DNA of 63,767 nucleotides, filler included, from Vannella sp. (taxonomy: Eukaryota): assembly GCA_023345925.1 (NCBI GenBank). It is 7 parts of 7 records of this genome, joined end to end, with 100 filler letters (N's around TTAATTAATTAA, not from the genome) between each part and the next. Parts side by side here need not be neighbours in the genome. Positions count along the whole stretch, not along the records: positions 51,845 to 63,767 come from JAJQQN010001135.1; 6 more parts are not named here. One strand, written 5' to 3'. The position numbers and the translations under genes are program-made. Under the pieces are notes generated by a model, which was given only the letters and a program-made list of their open reading frames with translations, was not told the DNA's origin and did not search any database. Numbering within the stretch: position 1 is the first letter of the stretch; every line of letters starts with the position of its first letter. Below, piece after piece: positions 57,508 to 63,767 of this stretch.

Positions 57508-59151
57508 CTAAAGTGACAGTTCAGTCCATTTTGAAGGATCTTCTTCTTCCTTGTTGGAAGGATCTTCTTCCTTATGAGAGAGCTCATCCATTTCGTACAA
57601 TGAAAGGGAGTCATTGGCATCAAGCTCTTGCATGGGAAGATGTTGTTGGGGAATCCGGACCAAAGGAAGGAGGAAAAGAGGAAGAAGTCCGCTAAAGTTG
57701 CAAAGGAGCATCAATAGCCACAAGTTATCAAAGTTATTGTTATCTACTTGCAGTGTAGAAGTCATCCAAGTACCTATTAGATCACCAACAATACCACCAA
57801 CCTCTGTCAGACTCATAAGGAAGGCATAAAGAGTGCCTTCAGCACCCTTAGGGCAAACTGCCGCCCCGTAAACAAGAAGTGGCATCAAAGATATTTGCCC
57901 AATCACAGATATGACCGTTCTACATCATGTTAGCTCTCCGCGAACATACCGCCAAGTACATACGAGTCACTAATTGCAAAGAAAACCCCTGGAATGTGAA
58001 GTTTCTCGTTAAACCCAGTAATCAGAATCTCTGGGGTCAAGCGGATGCAGAATCCGAGTATTAGAGTGACTCCGAATACCACTCTGATGTTCGCACGACG
58101 GAAGAAAGTAGCGTAGATCACAGTTCCTGCCTTTCAGTGAGAAATCACCAAACTCAATGGAACAAAATAGCTTACCAAGGAGGCTTGCCAAGGACGTAAG
58201 GAAGCTCATTACACCAAATTGACTTGCTGTTACACCAACCTCGTAGTACAAGAAGTAGTAGAAGGCAGTGTAGGCTGAAGGCGTGCAGCTGAGGGAGAGA
58301 ATGAAGAGTGCCGGCTTCCATAGCTGGTGGCTAACAAACAAATGGTCCCAAATAAGCTTCAGTTGAGAGGCAATACGAGTAATAAAGCCTTTGGAGTCTC
58401 CTTCCAGTCCCTCAGGGCCTTTCTGGTCAGGTAGTGAGCCATAAACAGATGTATCGGGGAGGAAAAGAGCGCATCCTGCTGCGCCTAGAGGAAGGCAAGC
58501 AGTGAAGAAGAAGACTAGGGGGATTCCAAGAGCGTCCACTAAGATACCACTCAATAACGAGCAGCTGAGGACTCCTAAGGTCCTCCAAAGAGCGCACATA
58601 CTCTGTAGTTGGCCAAGCTGATCGTTTCCAACCTCTCTCTGTTGCACACGCTCAACGATCACTGAGTCAACGACCACTCCAGACACGCAGATGAAGAGAG
58701 ACTCTCCATACAGCCCGAGGATGCCCAGTGTGCGCGCGATGACCATGTTCGAGTGATCTCCTTCATAGTTGGACGAAGATAGTGATCCATTACCTCCAGC
58801 AGAAGCATCTGAGCGAGTGTGGAGGCCCAGATTCCACTGATCAGAGGAACTAACCATCGCCAGGAAGAACCAACACGTCGTGGTCGCTAGAAGGGAGGCC
58901 AGCAAGTAGGGAAGCCTTCGATACCCTAGAATAGGACACGTATCCGAGATAAAACCGTACAAAGGCTTGCACAGCCACGGGATCAACATAAACGCGTAAA
59001 TCAGCTGCACTTGGGAAGGCGAAAGGAGCAGGTTCTCCGACAGGAACAGTCTCAGCGCCACGTCCGGCAGGGTCAACAATGCTCCCTGCACCAAATAGCA
59101 CACGCACAGCACCCAATCCTGCTGGAGGCAGCTCCACGCAAAGCGCGCCAT
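57508..59151 (-). CDS. Folate-biopterin transporter (BT1 family, MFS)
   Basis: PWLCKPLYGFISDTCPILGYRRLPY and CPKGAEGTLYAFLMS. Confidence 0.92.
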
Positions 59152-59259
59152 CCCAAACAAATGCCTAAAAAAGTTAAGTCCCAGCTTCTGTTGAAAAGTA
59201 CTTTAAATTCCACTGGGACCATTTCTAATGATGAACGTTTTCGATGATTTGGTGGAGGG

Positions 59260-60411
59260 ATGGAAGAGGAGAAGGAAGAAAGGGAAGAGAAGGGCGTGAA
59301 GGGTGTTTGCCCATCGTACCGGAGTGGAACGAGCTTTCTTGAGGGTAAGGAAAGCGCTAGAAGAAGAGAGTTGACCTATGGACAGAGCTCTTCACGAACT
59401 CTTTCTCCCGGAACCTGAAAGGCGTCTTCGCCCAGAAGGAGCGCAACTTTGTGAGTTTGCTGCGTCCAAGGGGTGTAGCTGACCCTATGAAAGCTACTGC
59501 AAGGGTCTTTTACTGTTCCAGTGAAGCCTGGAGATGTCTATGCGGCGTACAACGTGACAGTGAAGGACACGGAGAGTTTCACCTTGAAGATGGACGGGAA
59601 TCCTCAGCAAGTCGGCCTGATGGTCAAATGGAGTGGAAAGCCAGCTATCCCTCCTGCGTACAAGCTCTGGGACTCTATCCAGATGACTCTCACTCACTCC
59701 GCTGCAAACCATCTTCTTGGGTTCGGCCTTTCGACCTCCAGAGAAGCCCTGGGGCGAAGGCTTGTGGCCAAGTACTCTATGCAGATATCAGGGGATCAAG
59801 CTCATGAGAAGAGGAAGCGTCAGATGTCTTGGAAAGGCGAACTGAAAAACTTCAAGTTGGTGGGAGGAGCTCTCTCCACCACGTTTGACTGGGCAGTGCC
59901 TGCTAAGCGTCTCCTCACTCTTGAGAGTAGCTTTTGCGTCCATCACTTCCGCCCCTTCTTCATGGGAGTGTCCTCCACGAGCAAAATGGATGCAACTCGT
60001 TGGGTTCCGATGACTTCTTCTTTCTCTGCCTTTATCAACTACAAGGCTGCGTCTTTCACCTCTGCTGCATCATTGTAAGTTCTGTAGAGAACTGACATAG
60101 GACTGACTCGATGAAGCGATGTGAATAAGCGGCAATTGCAGTTATTCCATCTTCATCAGTGTGGGAAGGGCACTCAAGTGGGCGCCAAGATGCTGATGGA
60201 CTCAGGGACGACTATCAAGTCGGCTTCTATCTTAGTGAAGCATAAGATTAACGCAGCAAGCCACGTGACTCTTAAAATCCAATCCGATGGACTTTATGGT
60301 TTCTCCACGCAGATCAAATCCTCTCGGAATGTCACTTTGAATGGGGCCATATTCCCCTCTTTTAGAGACTCTCAGTTTGGTTGGGGCCTTTCTGTCAAAT
60401 GTGATGTCTAA
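59260..60411 (+). CDS. Divergent VDAC/Porin_3-like beta-barrel (3 introns)
   Basis: N-terminal helix PSY...EELFTNSF, alternating strands, KHKINAASHVTLKIQSDG and terminal beta-signal-like FGWGLSV. Confidence 0.6.
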
Positions 60412-60740
60412 ACAGACATTCTCTTGCCCTTTTAACTCAGAACTCTTTCTGGTTCACTTGCTATCCTGAACCAATCTTCGCCTTTTAAGAAGACACTACG
60501 TAGGTACGTCTACCCAGACAACTCTATCCTCTCCCACTTGTAGACTCCTGAGTTCTGTGCGGGTCGTCAACCGGATGAAATGACGATTTACATCCAAGTA
60601 ATCGTTTTGAAGCGCCTCTTTCTCAACTCCTTGTGATCTGCAGTGTTTATCTTACTTTCCTCACTCCCTGCTCCCAGATCGAGAAACGACGATCGTACGG
60701 CTGAATCCAAAAAAGGAGAATTCCACACCACACCTTCTAA

Positions 60741-62777
60741 ATGGGGCCTGTACGTCTCATTACTCTTTGCCTCTGCATGAGCGACAAAGGAGCTTGTCTC
60801 TCGTGGGAGAACATCACTTACAGTGTCGAAGAGGGATCAAGGGACAAGATACGGCGATGGATCCCTTTCTGTAGGAGCTCTGTGGTACCAAGAAAGCGCA
60901 TCCTTCATGGTCTCTCGGGCTCAGCTCGTCCTGGACAGCTGATCGCCGTGATGGGATCTTCTGGAGCGGGCAAGACCACTCTCCTCAATGCACTTGCGAT
61001 GCAACTCAACGGGGAGATGGGAGGGCAAGTCCTGATCAACGGTAAAAGCATGAAGAAGAGCCTGTTTAGAAGGCACTGCGGATACGTCTACCAAGACGAT
61101 GTCCTCCTTCCCAACTTGTCTGTCCGAGAGACTCTCGAGTTCTATGCAGATCTGCGGCTGCCTTCTTCCATGCCTCGGAAGGAGAAGTCTCAGCGAGTCG
61201 AAGAGACTTTGAGGAAGCTTGGACTCCTGCACTGTCAGGATGTATCAATAGGAGGTTCACACCAGCGTGGGATATCAGGCGGAGAGAAGCGACGGGTCTC
61301 CATTGCAATCGAGCTCATCCTCAATCCATGTGAGTCAATCCCGAGATCTGGCAGTTCTCTGATTGTTGAAACAGCGATCATATGCCTAGATGAACCAACC
61401 AGCGGTTTGGATGCCAGTACATCGCTGAGTGTCATCGAGTCTTTGGCCGATTTAGCCCACAACTTCGGTCACACCATCATCTGCACCATCCACCAGCCCC
61501 GTAACCAGGTGTTTTCCCTTTTCGATAGACTCCTTTTGCTTGCTGTGAGTGTCCCTCGTGTGTGATGGTGGCTGACTTTCAAAATAGTGCGGACGCCAGG
61601 TCTATGAAGGACCTATCCCAGAAGCTCTTGTATTTTTTGAATCTCTGGGATACATCTGCCCTGCTCAAGTGAGTCCTGCAGATTTCTACATCGATCTTCT
61701 TTCGTTGGACACAACAACGCCCATCAGAGAGGAGGAATCAAAACTCCGCGTCAACTACATCATTGAGCACGCCCAAGTTTGCCATCTTGAAGAGCCTCAA
61801 TTGCAGGAATTGGTGATTGTGGAGCCTCCTCAAAAACCTGGTCGTATCCGGCAAACATTCCTTATTGCCAGGAGATCTTTGATGAACAGCCAGCGCTGCA
61901 AATCCTTCTGGATTGGAAAGTCTATTCAGACAATCTTGATGGCCTTTGCAATATCCATCGTTTGGTGGAAGATCGACAACGACCAATCTGCAATCCAAGA
62001 TAGATTGGGTTTGGTGTTTGTAACGCTTCTCTGCAGCTGCTTGCCCGCTGTTGATGCACTCTTAATTCGTAAGTCATCTTGGAATTGCGTTCTTGTTCTT
62101 CTAATTTCGTAGTGCCTCTGGAACGGGAGCTCTTTCGCAGAGAAAAGGCAGCAGGAATGTATCGGTTGAGTAGCTACTGGATGGGAAAGCAAATGGCAGA
62201 GTTTCCTCTCCAAACTTTGTTTCCTGCATTATTTGCGATTTTGGTCTACTGGATGGTGGGATTGCCCTCAGAATGGTATATCTTTGGGACTTTTCTCAGT
62301 CTGACTATGCTTATTACCTGCTTTGCGTGTTCCCTCGGTCTTCTTTTCAGCGCTGCTTTGAATTATCCAACTGCAGTCGAAATACTTCCAGCTCTTACAA
62401 ATACGGGGCTTCTATTCGCAGGATTTTACATCAATATTCACAACATTCCGGGGTGGATCAAGTGGCTGAGATTTGCCAGTCCCTTCTATTACACCTACCA
62501 GGCAGCCGTTTTGAACCAATTTGGTGATTTGCCTATTTACTGCAAAAACGATCAGTTTTTGTTTCTTTTTGCTCTTGGGAAGTGTTCAAGTGGAGAACTA
62601 TTGCTGCGATTTACCATCGCTTGCCCAGTTACAAATGGTAATACGATTGTCAAACTGATTGGTGCTGATGTACTTGAGATTTGGCAGTACCAATTGATAC
62701 TAATGAGCTCAATTATCTTCGTCCGCATTCTTCTTTACCTTGCTCTCAAGTTCTCCCATCCAGTGGAGAACTGGTAA
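60741..62777 (+). CDS. ABCG half-transporter
   Basis: GSSGAGKTT, ISGGEKRR, LDEPTSGLD and TIHQP, followed by an ABC2 membrane domain. Confidence 0.95.
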
Positions 62778-63041
62778 AGAACTCAAGAGTTCTCGTAAAT
62801 ATGGTCGTTCCGGCACTCTCATCAATGTATGTCTATTTCTCACAGCTCCAAAGTGATTCAATCGAATCAAGGATTTCGTCATAAGCCTCCACAGGATATC
62901 TGGTAAGCAGCAGATTGCTTAAGAAGGGCGATTGAAAAGGGCGAGGTGTGGTCCAGCAAGACAAAGAATAGCACTCAAGATCCATCATAATGTGGTTGTT
63001 TGAGGGCTTGCAAAGGGAACCAGAAACATTCTTTGTTGGGA

Positions 63042-63767
63042 TCAAAACCGGGCGCTTTTTTGCCTGCTTGGTGCTACATGAGGGGGCAATGGCCGAACCT
63101 CAGAGAGAATAGGATAGTTCTCATCTTTCTTGTGCGTTAGGCCAAGCTGTCCAAATCTGTTACTGCCAAAGACAAGCATTCCCCCATCAGAAAGGAATGC
63201 CAGAGAATGATACCGTCCAGCAGTAATTGCAATAACCCCTTCTAGAGAAGTTATAACAGTGGCTTGCGATATGTGGGAAGTGATTCCCGTCCCAGTTTGG
63301 CCAAAGTATCCTCGTCCCCATGTCCAAACTCCGCCTGACTCGTCAAGTGAGTGAGTATGTTCTCTCCCACAGGAGCCTCTAATCATCGGAGGTACATCTG
63401 GGACTCTCTGGAAGGTGTTGCTCTTCCCTAGTTGGTCAGCATCTCCAACACAGCTTTGCCCAGTCGTCCAAAGGCTCCCCTCGCTATCGATGAGAACAAT
63501 CCCCCGGTTGGCTGCCAACAGGCACCTCAAAGGACCTTTGGAACGATCAAAGATCGGTACAAGGGAAGGAATGAGGGCTGTTTGGGTGTGGCCAAGGCCC
63601 AATTGGCCTGATTCATTGTTCCCTAGAACCCAGAGGCCTTCTTCAGCTTCCATGACGATGAAGTCTTCACCGCAAGCGACATTGAAGAGTGGAGGAAGTC
63701 CTTGCACGTGTTTTGGGACTGAGGAAGCCCACGAAAGAGAAGACTTGTTCGTCCACACCCAAAGGCC
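63042..63767 (-). CDS. RCC1-repeat protein (5'-truncated by window)
   Basis: GNNESGQLGLGH, CGREHTHSLD and VFGSNRFGQLGL; ends RQKSARF. Confidence 0.88.
   Translation of the reverse strand, partial: GLWVWTNKSSLSWASSVPKHVQGLPPLFNVACGEDFIVMEAEEGLWVLGNNESGQLGLGHTQTALIPSLVPIFDRSKGPLRCLLAANRGIVLIDSEGSLWTTGQSCVGDADQLGKSNTFQRVPDVPPMIRGSCGREHTHSLDESGGVWTWGRGYFGQTGTGITSHISQATVITSLEGVIAITAGRYHSLAFLSDGGMLVFGSNRFGQLGLTHKKDENYPILSEVRPLPPHVAPSRQKSARF

Noticed and set aside
57533..57573. Short duplication in the BT1 tail (KEEDPS/KEEEDPS)
   Set aside because: Ordinary in-frame slippage in a low-complexity tail.
1..63767. Stop-codon reassignment as the cause of fragmented ORFs
   Set aside because: Breaks in the conserved genes examined are explained by short introns, and TAA (PFDN2, UBL5), TAG (TPT1) and TGA (ARMC7, GLO1, eIF5A) all end conserved proteins.

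Overview
This window is not prokaryotic and is not one contiguous locus. It is seven contigs of a very compact, intron-rich protist nuclear genome, joined by six artificial 100-nt N-TTAATTAATTAA-N spacers. The SH2/LRR, RasGEF, DH-PH, CNB-GRAM-CNB and expanded RCC1 content suggests an amoebozoan, but that is inference. About 40 protein genes are packed with roughly 35-60 nt GT-AG introns, at least two GC-AG introns, and often under 120 bp between divergent start codons. Recognisable genes include PFDN2, ARMC7, SDS3-like, SAM synthetase, glyoxalase I, an Angel/CCR4-family EEP protein, tRNA-Glu(CTC), exportin-5, TPT1, MED14, PSMB1, CCT7, NEIL1, UBL5, eIF5A, an ELAPOR-like receptor, a VPS9 GEF, GST, NDUFAF6, adenylate kinase, NR2C2AP, a BT1 transporter, a VDAC-like porin and an ABCG transporter. 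The most notable observations are: (1) a RhoGEF carrying the CNB-GRAM-CNB module known from Dictyostelium GbpC/GbpD RasGEFs; (2) 3' splice sites that often lack a pyrimidine tract, often end in AAG or GAG, and skip proximal AGs as if measured from the branch point; (3) an intact, spliced Rab-like pseudo-GTPase; (4) an SH2-LRR-SH2 protein with a BC-box-like insert in a degenerate second SH2; (5) a recurrent AGGGGAAATG promoter motif; (6) an expanding and decaying RCC1 family with a shared RQKSAR tail. Gene models were spliced by eye and homologies are from recognition, not database searches.
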